Assembly (NCBI GenBank): GCA_964057225.1
Contig: CAXKVF010000084.1
Location: forward strand, 186,001 to 250,000
Reading direction: 5' to 3'
From: Auanema rhodensis
Taxonomy: Eukaryota > Animalia > Nematoda
Length of the DNA stretch: 64,000 nt
Within the stretch, counting starts at the first letter, position 1. The number at the start of each line of letters is the position of its first letter. This document shows positions 28,688 to 44,700 of the stretch, piece after piece. Made by a program: the position numbers and the translations under genes. Under the pieces are notes generated by a model. That model saw only the letters and a list, made by a program, of their open reading frames with translations. It was not told the DNA's origin and made no database searches.

Positions 28688-30447
28688 CACATCACGTGTA
28701 CATTTAATTAGCATAAATTAAAGTTCACGTAAATTTCAAAGTCATGTTTACCATGAAGCAATATCAATAAAAATTTGTTTTTAGACTAATATGGACATGG
28801 GGAATCTAATTTTGAAAACCGCATCTCTTTATCTTTCACGTGAAGCGAGTTACATACCAAGTGCACATCACGTGTACATTTAATTAGCATAAATTAAAGT
28901 TCACGTAAATTTCAAAGTCATGGTTACCATGCACCAATATCAATAAAAATTTGTTTTTAGACTAATATGGAAAAGGGGAATCTAATTTTGAAAACCGCAT
29001 CTCTTTATCTTTCACATGAAGCGAGTTACATACCAAGTGCACATCACGTGTACATTTAATTAGCATAAATTAAAGTTCACGTAAATTTCAAAGTCATGGT
29101 TACCATGCACCAATATCAATAAAAATTTGTTTTTAGACTAATATGGACATGGGGAATCTAATTTTGAAAACCGCATCTCTTTATCTTTCACGTGAAGCGA
29201 GTTACATACCAAGTGCACATCACGTGTACATTTAATTAGCATAAATTAAAGTTCACGTAAATTTCAAAGTCATGGTTACCATGCACCAATATCAATAAAA
29301 ATTTGTTTTTAGACTAATATGGACATGGGGAATCTAATTTTGAAAACCGCATCTCTTCATCTTTCACGTGAAGCGAGTTACATACCAATTGCACATCACG
29401 TGTACATTTAATTAGCATAAATTAAAGTTCACGTAAATTTCAAAGTCATGGTTACCATGAACCAATATCAATAAAAATTTGTTTTTAGACTAATATGGAC
29501 ATGGGGAATCTAATTTTGAAAACCGCATCTCTTTATCTTTCACGTGAAGCGAGTTACATACCAAGTGCACATCACGTGTACATTTAATTAGCATAAATTA
29601 AAGTTCACGTAAATTTCAAAGTCATGTTTACCATGAAGCAATATCAATAAAAATTTGTTTTTAGACTAATATGGACATGGGGAATCTAATTTTGAAAACC
29701 GCATCTCTTTATCTTTCACGTGAAGCGAGTTACATACCAAGTGCACATCACGTGTACATTTAATTAGCATAAATTAAAGTTCACGTAAATTTCAAAGTCA
29801 TGGTTACCATGCACCAATATCAATAAAAATTTGTTTTTAGACTAATATGGAAAAGGGGAATCTAATTTTGAAAACCGCATCTCTTTATCTTTCACATGAA
29901 GCGAGTTACATACCAAGTGCACATCACGTGTACATTTAATTAGCATAAATTAAAGTTCACGTAAATTTCAAAGTCATGGTTACCATGCACCAATATCAAT
30001 AAAAATTTGTTTTTAGACTAATATGGACATGGGGAATCTAATTTTGAAAACCGCATCTCTTTATCTTTCACGTGAAGCGAGTTACATACCAAGTGCACAT
30101 CACGTGTACATTTAATTAGCATAAATTAAAGTTCACGTAAATTTCAAAGTCATGGTTACCATGCACCAATATCAATAAAAATTTGTTTTTAGACTAATAT
30201 GGACATGGGGAATCTAATTTTGAAAACCGCATCTCTTCATCTTTCACGTGAAGCGAGTTACATACCAATTGCACATCACGTGTACATTTAATTAGCATAA
30301 ATTAAAGTTCACGTAAATTTCAAAGTCATGGTTACCATGAACCAATATCAATAAAAATTTGTTTTTAGACTAATATGGACATGGGGAATCTAATTTTGAA
30401 AACCGCATCTCTTTATCTTTCACGTGAAGCGAGTTACATACCAAGTG
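28688..30447 (+). repeat. Tandem duplication of 5 monomers (2 x 880 bp)
   Basis: The series CATGTTTA+AAGC / GGAAAAGGGG+CACATG / CACC / CTTCATC+CCAATTG / AACC starts at 28688 and again at 29568. Confidence 0.92.
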
Positions 30448-33400
30448 CACATCACGTGTACATTTAATTAGCATAAATTAAAGTTCACGTAAATTTCAAA
30501 GTCATGGTTACCATGAAGCAATATCAATAAAAATTTGTTTTTAGACTAATATGGACATGGGGAATCTAATTTTGAAAACCGCATCTCTTTATCTTTCACG
30601 TGAAGCGAGTTACATACCAAGTGCACATCACGTGTACATTTAATTAGCATTAATTAAAGTTCACGTAAATTTCAAAGTCATGGTTACCATGAACCAATAT
30701 CAATAAAAATTTGTTTTTAGACTAATATGGACATGGGGAATCTAATTTTGAAAACCGCATCTCTTTATCTTTCACGTGAAGCGAGTTACATACCAAGTGC
30801 ACATCACGTGTACATTTAATTAGCATAAATTAAAGTTCACGTAAATTTCAAACTCATGGTTACCATGAACTAATATCAATAAAAATTTGTTTTTAGACTA
30901 ATATGGACATGGGGAATCTAATTTTGAAAACCGCATCTCTTTATCTTTCACGTGAAGCGAGTTACATACCAAGTGCACATCACGTGTACATTTAATTAGC
31001 ATAAATTAAAGTTCACGTAAATTTCAAAGTCATGGTTACCATGAACCAATATCAATAAAAATTTGTTTTTAGACTAATATGGACATGGGGAATCTAATTT
31101 TGAAAACCGCATCTCTTTATCTTTCACGTGAAGCGAGTTACATACCAAGTGCACATCACGTGTACATTTAATTAGCATAAATTAAAGTTCACGTAAATTT
31201 CAAAGTCATGGTTACCATGAACCAATATCAATAAAAATTTGTTTTTAGACTAATATGGACATGGGGAATCTAATTTTGAAAACCGCATCTCTTTATCTTT
31301 CACGTGAAGCGAGTTACATACCAAGTGCACATCACGTGTACATTTAATTAGCATAAATTAAAGTTCACGTAAATTTCAAAGTCATGGTTACCATGAACCA
31401 ATATCAATAAAAATTTGTTTTTAGACTAATATGGACATGGGGAATCTAATTTTGAAAACCGCATCTCTTTATCTTTCACGTGAAGCGAGTTACATACCAA
31501 GTGCACATCACGTGTACATTTAATTAGCATAAATTAAAGTTCACGTAAATTTCAAAGTCATGGTTACCATGCACCAATATCAATAAAAATTTGTTTTTAG
31601 ACTAATATGGACATGGGGAATCTAATTTTGGAAACCGCATCTCTTTATCTTTCACGTGAAGCGAGTTACATACCAAGTGCACATCACGTGTACATTTAAT
31701 TAGCATAAATTAAAGTTCACGTAAATTTCAAAGTCATGGTTACCATGAACCAATATCAATAAAAATTTGTTTTTAGACTAATATGGACATGGGGAATCTA
31801 ATTTTGAAAACCGCATCTCTTTATCTTTCACGTGAAGAGAGTTACATACCAAGTGCACATCACGTGTACATTTAATTAGCATAAATTAAAGTTCACGTAA
31901 ATTTCAAAGTCATGGTTACCATGCACCAATATCAATAAAAATTTGTTTTTAGACTAATATGGACATGGGGAATCTAATTTTGAAAACCGCATCTCTTTAT
32001 CTTTCACGTGAAGCGAGTTACATACCAAGTGCACATCACGTGTACATTTAATTAGCATAAATTAAAGTTCACGTAAATTTCAAAGTCATGGTTACCATGA
32101 ACTAATATCAATAAAAATTTGTTTTTAGACTAATATGGACATGGGGAATCTAATTTTAAAAACCGCATCTCTTTATCTTTCACGTGAAGCGAGTTACATA
32201 CCAAGTGCACATCACGTGTACATTTAATTAGCATAAATTAAAGTTCACGTAAATTTCAAAGTCATGGTTACCATGAACCAATATCAATAAAAATTTGTTT
32301 TTAGACTAATATGGACATGGGGAATCTAATTTTGAAAACCGCATCTCTTTATCTTTCACGTGAAGCGAGTTACATACCAAGTGCACATCACGTGTACATT
32401 TAATTAGCATAAATTAAAGTTCACGTAAATTTCAAAGTCATGGTTACCATGAACCAATATCAATAAAAATTTGTTTTTAGACTAATATGGACATGGGGAA
32501 TCTAATTTTGAAAACCGCATCTCTTTATCTTTCACGTGAAGCGAGTTACATACCAAGTGCACATCACGTGTACATTTAATTAGCATAAATTAAAGTTCAC
32601 GTAAATTTCAAAGTCATGGTTACCATGAACCAATATCAATAAAAATTTGTTTTTAGACTAACATGGACATGGGGAATCTAATTTTGAAAACCGCATCTCT
32701 TCATCTTTCACGTGAAGCGAGTTACATACCAAGTGCACATCACGTGTACATTTAATTAGCATAAATTAAAGTTCACGTAAATTTCAAAGTCATGGTTACC
32801 ATGAACCAATATCAATAAAAATTTGTTTTTAGACTAATATGGACATGGGGAATCTAATTTTGAAAACCGCATCTCTTTATCTTTCACGTGAAGCGAGTTA
32901 CATACCAAGTGCACATCACGTGTACATTTAATTAGCATAAATTAAAGTTCACGTAAATTTCAAAGTCATGGTTACCATGCACCAATATCAATAAAAATTT
33001 GTTTTTAGACTAATATGGACATGGGGAATCTAATTTTGAAAACCGCATCTCTTTATCTTTCACGTGAAGCGAGTTACATACCAAGTGCACATCACGTGTA
33101 CATTTAATTAGCATAAATTAAAGTTCACGTAAATTTCAAAGTCATGGTTACCATGAACCAATATCAATAAAAATTTGTTTTTAGACTAATATGGACATGG
33201 GGAATCTAATTTTGAAAACCGCATCTCTTTATCTTTCACGTGAAGCGAGTTACATACCAAGTGCACATCACGTGTACATTTAATTAGCATAAATTAAAGT
33301 TCACGTAAATTTCAAAGTCATGGTTACCATGCACCAATATCAATAAAAATTTGTTTTTAAACTAATATGGACATGGGGAATCTAATTTTGAAAACCGCAT

Positions 33401-36400
33401 CTCTTTATCTTTCACGTGAAGCGAGTTACATACCAAGTGCACATCACGTGTACATTTAATTAGCATAAATTAAAGTTCACGTAAATTTCAAAGTCATGGT
33501 TACCATGCACCAATATCAATAAAAATTTGTTTTTAGACTAATATGGACATGGGGAATCTAATTTTGAAAACCGCATCTCTTTATCTTTCACATGAAGCGA
33601 GTTACATACCAAGTGCACATCACGTGTACATTTAATTAGCATAAATTAAAGTTCACGTAAATTTCAAAGTCATGGTTACCATGCACCAATATCAATAAAA
33701 ATTTGTTTTTAGACTAATATGGACATGGGGAATCTAATTTTGAAAACCGCATCTCTTTATCTTTCACGTGAAGCGAGTTACATACCAAGTGCACATCACG
33801 TGTACATTTAATTAGCATAAATTAAAGTTCACGTAAATTTCAAAGTCATGGTTACCATGCACCAATATCAATAAAAATTTGTTTTTAGACTAATATGGAC
33901 ATGGGGAATCTAATTTTGAAAACCGAATCTCTTCATCTTTCACGTGAAGCGAGTTACATACCAAGTGCACATCACGTGTACATTTAATTAGCATAAATTA
34001 AAGTTCACGTAAATTTCAAAGTCATGGTTACCATGCACCAATATCAATAAAAATTTGTTTTTAGACTAATATGGACATGGGGAATCTAATTTTGAAAACC
34101 GCATCTCTTTATCTTTCACGTGAAGCGAGTTACATACCAAGTGCACATCACGTGTACATTTAATTAGCATAAATTAAAGTTCACGTAAATTTCAAAGTCA
34201 TGGTTACCATGCACCAATATCAATAAAAATTTGTTTTTAGACTAATATGGACATGGGGAATCTAATTTTGAAAACCGCATCTCTTTATCTTTCACGTGAA
34301 GCGAGTTACATACCAAGTGCACATCACGTGTACATTTAATTAGCATAAATTAAAGTTCACGTAAATTTCAAAGTCATGGTTACCATGAACCAATATCAAT
34401 AAAAATTTGTTTTTAGACTAATATGGACATGGGGAATCTAATTTTGAAAACCGCATCTCTTTATCTTTCACGTGAAGCGAGTTACATACCAAGTGCACAT
34501 CACGTGTACATTTAATTAGCATAAATTAAAGTTCACGTAAATTTCAAAGTCATGGTTACCATGCACCAATATCAATAAAAATTTGTTTTTAAACTAATAT
34601 GGACATGGGGAATCTAATTTTGAAAACCGCATCTCTTTATCTTTCACGTGAAGCGAGTTACATACCAAGTGCACATCACGTGTACATTTAATTAGCATAA
34701 ATTAAAGTTCACGTAAATTTCAAAGTCATGGTTACCATGCACCAATATCAATAAAAATTTGTTTTTAGACTAATATGGACATGGGGAATCTAATTTTGAA
34801 AACCGCATCTCTTTATCTTTCACATGAAGCGAGTTACATACCAAGTGCACATCACGTGTACATTTAATTAGCATAAATTAAAGTTCACGTAAATTTCAAA
34901 GTCATGGTTACCATGAACCAATATCAATAAAAATTTGTTTTTAGACTAATATGGACATGGGGAATCTAATTTTGAAAACCGCATCTCTTTATCTTTCACG
35001 TGAAGCGAGTTACATACCAAGTGCACATCACGTGTACATTTAATTAGCATAAATTAAAGTTCACGTAAATTTCAAAGTCATGGTTACCATGCACCAATAT
35101 CAATAAAAATTTGTTTTTAGACTAATATGGACATGGGGAATCTAATTTTGAAAACCGCATCTCTTTATCGTTCACGTGAAGCGAGTTACATACCAAGTGC
35201 ACATCACGTGTACATTTAATTAGCATAAATTAAAGTTCACGTAAATTTCAAAGTCATGGTTACCATGCACCAATATCAATAAAAATTTGTTTTTAGACTA
35301 ATATGGACATGGGGAATCTAATTTTGAAAACCGCATCTCTTTATCTTTCACGTGAAGCGAGTTACATACCAAGTGCACATCACGTATACATTTAATTAGC
35401 ATAAATTGAAGTTCACGTAAATTTCAAAGTCATGGTTACCATGAACCAATATCAATAAAAATTTGTTTTTAGACTAATATGGACATGGGGAATCTAATTT
35501 TGAAAACCGCATCTCTTTATCTTTCACGTGAAGCGAGTTACATACCAAGTGCACATCACGTGTACATTTAATTAGCATAAATTAAAGTTCACGTAAATTT
35601 CAAAGTCATGGTTACCATGCACCAATATCAATAAAAATTTGTTTTTAGACTAATATGGAAATGGGGAATCTAATTTTGAAAACCGCATCTCTTTATCTTT
35701 CACATGAAGCGAGTTACATACCAAGTGCACATCACGTGTACATTTAATTAGCATAAATTAAAGTTCACGTAAATTTCAAAGTCATGGTTACCATGCACCA
35801 ATATCAATAAAAATTTGTTTTTAGACTAATATGGACATGGGGAATCTAATTTTGAAAACCGCATCTCTTTATCTTTCACGTGAAGCGAGTTACATACCAA
35901 GTGCACATCACGTGTACATTTAATTAGCATAAATTAAAGTTCACGTAAATTTCAAAGTCATGGTTACCATGCACCAATATCAATAAAAATTTGTTTTTAG
36001 ACTAATATGGACATGGGGAATCTAATTTTGAAAACCGCATCTCTTCATCTTTCACGTGAAGCGAGTTACATACCAATTGCACATCACGTGTACATTTAAT
36101 TAGCATAAATTAAAGTTCACGTAAATTTCAAAGTCATGGTTACCATGAACCAATATCAATAAAAATTTGTTTTTAGACTAATATGGACATGGGGAATCTA
36201 ATTTTGAAAACCGCATCTCTTTATCTTTCACGTGAAGCGAGTTACATACCAAGTGCACATCACGTGTACATTTAATTAGCATAAATTAAAGTTCACGTAA
36301 ATTTCAAAGTCATGGTTACCATGAAGCAATATCAATAAAAATTTGTTTTTAGACTAATATGGACATGGGGAATCTAATTTTGAAAACCGCATCTCTTTAT

Positions 36401-37487
36401 CTTTCACGTGAAGCGAGTTACATACCAAGTGCACATCACGTGTACATTTAATTAGCATTAATTAAAGTTCACGTAAATTTCAAAGTCATGGTTACCATGA
36501 ACCAATATCAATAAAAATTTGTTTTTAGACTAATATGGACATGGGGAATCTAATTTTGAAAACCGCATCTCTTTATCTTTCACGTGAAGCGAGTTACATA
36601 CCAAGTGCACATCACGTGTACATTTAATTAGCATAAATTAAAGTTCACGTAAATTTCAAACTCATGGTTACCATGAACTAATATCAATAAAAATTTGTTT
36701 TTAGACTAATATGGACATGGGGAATCTAATTTTGAAAACCGCATCTCTTTATCTTTCACGTGAAGCGAGTTACATACCAAGTGCACATCACGTGTACATT
36801 TAATTAGCATAAATTAAAGTTCACGTAAATTTCAAAGTCATGGTTACCATGAACCAATATCAATAAAAATTTGTTTTTAGACTAATATGGACATGGGGAA
36901 TCTAATTTTGAAAACCGCATCTCTTTATCTTTCACGTGAAGCGAGTTACATACCAAGTGCACATCACGTGTACATTTAATTAGCATAAATTAAAGTTCAC
37001 GTAAATTTCAAAGTCATGGTTACCATGAACCAATATCAATAAAAATTTGTTTTTAGACTAATATGGACATGGGGAATCTAATTTTGAAAACCGCATCTCT
37101 TTATCTTTCACGTGAAGCGAGTTACATACCAAGTGCACATCACGTGTACATTTAATTAGCATAAATTAAAGTTCACGTAAATTTCAAAGTCATGGTTACC
37201 ATGAACCAATATCAATAAAAATTTGTTTTTAGACTAATATGGACATGGGGAATCTAATTTTGAAAACCGCATCTCTTTATCTTTCACGTGAAGCGAGTTA
37301 CATACCAAGTGCACATCACGTGTACATTTAATTAGCATAAATTAAAGTTCACGTAAAATTCAAAGTCATGGTTACCATGCACCAATATCAATAAAAATTT
37401 GTTTTTAGACTAATATGGACATGGGGAATCTAATTTTGAAAACCGCATCTCTTTATCTTTCACGTGAAGCGAGTTACATACCAAGTG

Positions 37488-40400
37488 CACATCACGTGTA
37501 CATTTAATTAGCATAAATTAAAGTTCACGTAAATTTCAAAGTCATGGTTACCATGAACCAATATCAATAAAAATTTGTTTTTAGACTAATATGGACATGG
37601 GGAATCTAATTTTGAAAACCGCATCTCTCTATCTTTCACGTGAAGAGAGTTACATACCAAGTGCACATCACGTGTACATTTAATTAGCATAAATTAAAGT
37701 TCACGTAAATTTCAAAGTCATGGTTACCATGCACCAATATCAATAAAAATTTGTTTTTAGACTAATATGGACATGGGGAATCTAATTTTGAAAACCGCAT
37801 CTCTTTATCTTTCACGTGAAGCGAGTTACATACCAAGTGCACATCACGTGTACATTTAATTAGCATAAATTAAAGTTCACGTAAATTTCAAAGTCATGGT
37901 TACCATGAACTAATATCAATAAAAATTTGTTTTTAGACTAATATGGACATGGGGAATCTAATTTTGGAAACCGCATCTCTTTATCTTTCACGTGAAGCGA
38001 GTTACATACCAAGTGCACATCACGTGTACATTTAATTAGCATAAATTAAAGTTCACGTAAATTTCAAAGTCATGGTTACCATGAACCAATATCAATAAAA
38101 ATTTGTTTTTAGACTAATATGGACATGGGGAATCTAATTTTGAAAACCGCATCTCTTTATCTTTCACGTGAAGCGAGTTACATACCAAGTGCACATCACG
38201 TGTACATTTAATTAGCATAAATTAAAGTTCACGTAAATTTCAAAGTCATGGTTACCATGAACCAATATCAATAAAAATTTGTTTTTAGACTAATATGGAC
38301 ATGGGGAATCTAATTTTGAAAACCGCATCTCTTTATCTTTCACGTGAAGCGAGTTACATACCAAGTGCACATCACGTGTACATTTAATTAGCATAAATTA
38401 AAGTTCACGTAAATTTCAAAGTCATGGTTACCATGAACCAATATCAATAAAAATTTGTTTTTAGACTAATATGGACATGGGGAATCTAATTTTGAAAACC
38501 GCATCTCTTCATCTTTCACGTGAAGCGAGTTACATACCAAGTGCACATCACGTGTACATTTAATTAGCATAAATTAAAGTTCACGTAAATTTCAAAGTCA
38601 TGGTTACCATGAACCAATATCAATAAAAATTTGTTTTTAGACTAATATGGACATGGGGAATCTAATTTTGAAAACCGCATCTCTTCATCTTTCACGTGAA
38701 GCGAGTTACATACCAAGTGCACATCACGTGTACATTTAATTAGCATAAATTAAAGTTCACGTAAATTTCAAAGTCATGGTTACCATGAACCAATATCAAT
38801 AAAAATTTGTTTTTAGACTAATATGGACATGGGGAATCTAATTTTGAAAACCGCATCTCTTTATCTTTCACGTGAAGCGAGTTACATACCAAGTGCACAT
38901 CACGTGTACATTTAATTAGCATAAATTAAAGTTCACGTAAATTTCAAAGTCATGGTTACCATGCACCAATATCAATAAAAATTTGTTTTTAGACTAATAT
39001 GGACATGGGGAATCTAATTTTGAAAACCGCATCTCTTTATCTTTCACGTGAAGCGAGTTACATACCAAGTGCACATCACGTGTACATTTAATTAGCATAA
39101 ATTAAAGTTCACGTAAATTTCAAAGTCATGGTTACCATGAACCAATATCAATAAAAATTTGTTTTTAGACTAATATGGACATGGGGAATCTAATTTTGAA
39201 AACCGCATCTCTTCATCTTTCACGTGAAGCGAGTTACATACCAAGTGCACATCACGTGTACATTTAATTAGCATAAATTAAAGTTCACGTAAATTTCAAA
39301 GTCATGGTTACCATGAACCAATATCAATAAAAATTTGTTTTTAGACTAATATGGACATGGGGAATCTAATTTTGAAAACCGCATCTCTTTATCTTTCACG
39401 TGAAGCGAGTTACATACCAAGTGCACATCACGTGTACATTTAATTAGCATAAATTAAAGTTCACGTAAATTTCAAAGTCATGGTTACCATGAACCAATAT
39501 CAATAAAAATTTGTTTTTAGACTAATATGGACATGGGGAATCTAATTTTGAAAACCGCATCTCTTTATCTTTCACGTGAAGCGAGTTACATACCAAGTGC
39601 ACATCACGTGTACATTTAATTAGCATAAATTAAAGTTCACGTAAATTTCAAAGTCATGGTTACCATGAACCAATATCAATAAAAATTTGTTTTTAGACTA
39701 ATATGGACATGGGGAATCTAATTTTGAAAACCGCATCTCTTTATCTTTCACGTGAAGAGAGTTACATACCAAGTGCACATCACGTGTACATTTAATTAGC
39801 ATAAATTAAAGTTCACGTAAATTTCAAAGTCATGGTTACCATGCACCAATATCAATAAAAATTTGTTTTTAGACTAATATGGACATGGGGAATCTAATTT
39901 TGAAAACCGCATCTCTTTATCTTTCACGTGAAGCGAGTTACATACCAAGTGCACATCACGTGTACATTTAATTAGCATAAATTAAAGTTCACGTAAATTT
40001 CAAAGTCATGGTTACCATGAACTAATATCAATAAAAATTTGTTTTTAGACTAATATGGACATGGGGAATCTAATTTTGGAAACCGCATCTCTTTATCTTT
40101 CACGTGAAGCGAGTTACATACCAAGTGCACATCACGTGTACATTTAATTAGCATAAATTAAAGTTCACGTAAATTTCAAAGTCATGGTTACCATGAACCA
40201 ATATCAATAAAAATTTGTTGTTAGACTAATATGGACATGGGGAATCTAATTTTGAAAACCGCATCTCTTTATCTTTCACGTGAAGCGAGTTACATACCAA
40301 GTGCACATCACGTGTACATTTAATTAGCATAAATTAAAGTTCACGTAAATTTCAAAGTCATGGTTACCATGAACCAATATCAATAAAAATTTGTTTTTAG

Positions 40401-41711
40401 ACTAATATGGACATGGGGAATCTAATTTTGAAAACCGCATCTCTTTATCTTTCACGTGAAGCGAGTTACATACCAAGTGCACATCACGTGTACATTTAAT
40501 TAGCATAAATTAAAGTTCACGTAAATTTCAAAGTCATGGTTACCATGAACCAATATCAATAAAAATTTGTTTTTAGACTAATATGGACATGGGGAATCTA
40601 ATTTTGAAAACCGCATCTCTTCATCTTTCACGTGAAGCGAGTTACATACCAAGTGCACATCACGTGTACATTTAATTAGCATAAATTAAAGTTCACGTAA
40701 ATTTCAAAGTCATGGTTACCATGAACCAATATCAATAAAAATTTGTTTTTAGACTAATATGGACATGGGGAATCTAATTTTGAAAACCGCATCTCTTCAT
40801 CTTTCACGTGAAGCGAGTTACATACCAAGTGCACATCACGTGTACATTTAATTAGCATAAATTAAAGTTCACGTAAATTTCAAAGTCATGGTTACCATGA
40901 ACCAATATCAATAAAAATTTGTTTTTAGACTAATATGGACATGGGGAATCTAATTTTGAAAACCGCATCTCTTTATCTTTCACGTGAAGCGAGTTACATA
41001 CCAAGTGCACATCACGTGTACATTTAATTAGCATAAATTAAAGTTCACGTAAATTTCAAAGTCATGGTTACCATGCACCAATATCAATAAAAATTTGTTT
41101 TTAGACTAATATGGACATGGGGAATCTAATTTTGAAAACCGCATCTCTTTATCTTTCACGTGAAGCGAGTTACATACCAAGTGCACATCACGTGTACATT
41201 TAATTAGCATAAATTAAAGTTCACGTAAATTTCAAAGTCATGGTTACCATGAACCAATATCAATAAAAATTTGTTTTTAGACTAATATGGACATGGGGAA
41301 TCTAATTTTGAAAACCGCATCTCTTCATCTTTCACGTGAAGCGAGTTACATACCAAGTGCACATCACGTGTACATTTAATTAGCATAAATTAAAGTTCAC
41401 GTAAATTTCAAAGTCATGGTTTCCATGAACCAATATCAATAAAAATTTGTTTTTAGACTAATATGGACATGGGGAATCTAATTTTGAAAACCGCATCTCT
41501 TTATCTTTCACGTGAAGCGAGTTACATACCAAGTGCACATCACGTGTACATTTAATTAGCATAAATTAAAGTTCACGTAAATTTCAAAGTCATGGTTACC
41601 ATGAACCAATATCAATAAAAATTTGTTTTTAGACTAATATGGACATGGGGAATCTAATTTTGAAAACCGCATCTCTTCATCTTTCACGTGAAGCGAGTTA
41701 CATACCAAGTG
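37488..41711 (+). repeat. Tandem duplication of about 12 monomers (2 x 2112 bp)
   Basis: GAAGAGAG (37488/39600), AACT+GGAAACC (37840/39952), paired CTTCATC (38368/40480) and CACC (38896/41008) are all offset by 2112 bp. Confidence 0.85.
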
Positions 41712-44700
41712 CACATCACGTGTACATTTAATTAGCATAAATTAAAGTTCACGTAAATTTCAAAGTCATGGTTACCATGAACCAATATCAATAAAAATTT
41801 GTTTTTAGACTAATATGGACATGGGGAATCTAATTTTGAAAACCGCATCTCTTCATCTTTCACGTGAAGCGAGTTACATACCAAGTGCACATCACGTGTA
41901 CATTTAATTAGCATAAATTAAAGTTCACGTAAATTTCAAAGTCATGGTTACCATGAACCAATATCAATAAAAATTTGTTTTTAGACTAATATGGACATGG
42001 GGAATCTAATTTTGAAAACCGCATCTCTTTATCTTTCACGTGAAGCGAGTTACATACCAAGTGCACATCACGTGTACATTTAATTAGCATAAATTAAAGT
42101 TCACGTAAATTTCAAAGTCATGGTTACCATGAACTAATATCAATAAAAATTTGTTTTTAGACTAATATGGACATGGGGAATCTAATTTTGAGAACCGCAT
42201 CTCTTTATCTTTCACGTGAAGCGAGTTACATACCAAGTGCACATCACGTGTACATTTAATTAGCATAAATTAAAGTTCACGTAAATTTCAAAGTCATGGT
42301 TACCATGAACCAATATCAATAAAAATTTGTTTTTAGACTAATATGGACATGGGGAATCTAATTTTGAAAACCGCATCTCTTCATCTTTCACGTGAAGCGA
42401 GTTACATACCAAGTGCACATCACGTGTACATTTAATTAGCATAAATTAAAGTTCACGTAAATTTCAAAGTCATGGTTACCATGCACCAATATCAATAAAA
42501 ATTTGTTTTTAGACTAATATGGACATGGGGAATCTAATTTTGAAAACCGCATCTCTTTATCTTTCACGTGAAGCGAGTTACATACCAAGTGCACATCACG
42601 TGTACATTTAATTAGCATAAATTAAAGTTCACGTAAATTTCAAAGTCATGGTTACCATGAACCAATATCAATAAAAATTTGTTTTTAGACTAATATGGAC
42701 ATGGGGAATCTAATTTTGAAAACCGCATCTCTTCATCTTTCACGTGAAGCGAGTTACATACCAAGTGCACATCACGTGTACATTTAATTAGCATAAATTA
42801 AAGTTCACGTAAATTTCAAAGTCATGGTTACCATGAACCAATATCAATAAAAATTTGTTTTTAGACTAATATGGACATGGGGAATCTAATTTTGAAAACC
42901 GCATCTCTTTATCTTTCACGTGAAGCGAGTTACATACCAAGTGCACATCACGTGTACATTTAATTAGCATAAATTAAAGTTCACGTAAATTTCAAAGTCA
43001 TGGTTACCATGAACCAATATCAATAAAAATTTGTTTTTAGACTAATATGGACATGGGGAATCTAATTTTGAAAACCGCATCTCTTTATCTTTCACGTGAA
43101 GCGAGTTACATACCAAGTGCACATCACGTGTACATTTAATTAGCATAAATTAAAGTTCACGTAAATTTCAAAGTCATGGTTACCATGAACCAATATCAAT
43201 AAAAATTTGTTTTTAGACTAATATGGACATGGGGAATCTAATTTTGAAAACCGCATCTCTTCATCTTTCACGTGAAGCGAGTTACATACCAAGTGCACTT
43301 CACGTGTACATTTAATTAGCATAAATTAAAGTTCACGTAAATTTCAAAGTCATGGTTACCATGAACCAATATCAATAAAAATTTGTTTTTAGACTAATAT
43401 GGACATGGGGAATCTAATTTTGAAAACCGCATCTCTTTATCTTTCACGTGAAGCGAGTTACATACCAAGTGCACATCACGTGTACATTTAATTAGCATAA
43501 ATTAAAGTTCACGTAAATTTCAAAGTCATGGTTACCATGAACTAATATCAATAAAAATTTGTTTTTAGACTAATATGGACATGGGGAATCTAATTTTGAG
43601 AACCGCATCTCTTTATCTTTCACGTGAAGCGAGTTACATACCAAGTGCACATCACGTGTACATTTAATTAGCATAAATTAAAGTTCACGTAAATTTCAAA
43701 GTCATGGTTACCATGAACCAATATCAATAAAAATTTGTTTTTAGACTAATATGGACATGGGGAATCTAATTTTGAAAACCGCATCTCTTCATCTTTCACG
43801 TGAAGCGAGTTACATACCAAGTGCACATCACGTGTACATTTAATTAGCATAAATTAAAGTTCACGTAAATTTCAAAGTCATGGTTACCATGAACCAATAT
43901 CAATAAAAATTTGTTTTTAGACTAATATGGACATGGGGAATCTAATTTTGAAAACCGCATCTCTTCATCTTTCACGTGAAGCGAGTTACATACCAAGTGC
44001 ACATCACGTGTACATTTAATTAGCATAAATTAAAGTTCACGTAAAATTCAAAGTCATGGTTACCATGAACCAATATCAATAAAAATTTGTTTTTAGACTA
44101 ATATGGACATGGGGAATCTAATTTTGAAAACCGCATCTCTTTATCTTTCACGTGAAGCGAGTTACATACCAAGTGCACATCACGTGTACATTTAATTAGC
44201 ATAAATTAAAGTTCACGTAAATTTCAAAGTCATGGTTACCATGAACCAATATCAATAAAAATTTGTTTTTAGACTAATATGGACATGGGGAATCTAATTT
44301 TAAAAACCGCATCTCTTTATCTTTCACGTGAAGCGAGTTACATACCAAGTGCACATCACGTGTACATTTAATTAGCATAAATTAAAGTTCACGTAAATTT
44401 CAAAGTCATGGTTACCATGCACCAATATCAATAAAAATTTGTTTTTAGACTAATATGGACATGGGGAATCTAATTTTGAAAACCGCATCTCTTTATCTTT
44501 CACGTGAAGCGAGTTACATACCAAGTGCACATCACGTGTACATTTAATTAGCATAAATTAAAGTTCACGTAAATTTCAAAGTCATGGTTACCATGAACCA
44601 ATATCAATAAAAATTTGTTTTTAGACTAATATGGACATGGGGAATCTAATTTTGAAAACCGCATTTCTTTATCTTTCACGTGAAGCGAGTTACATACCAA

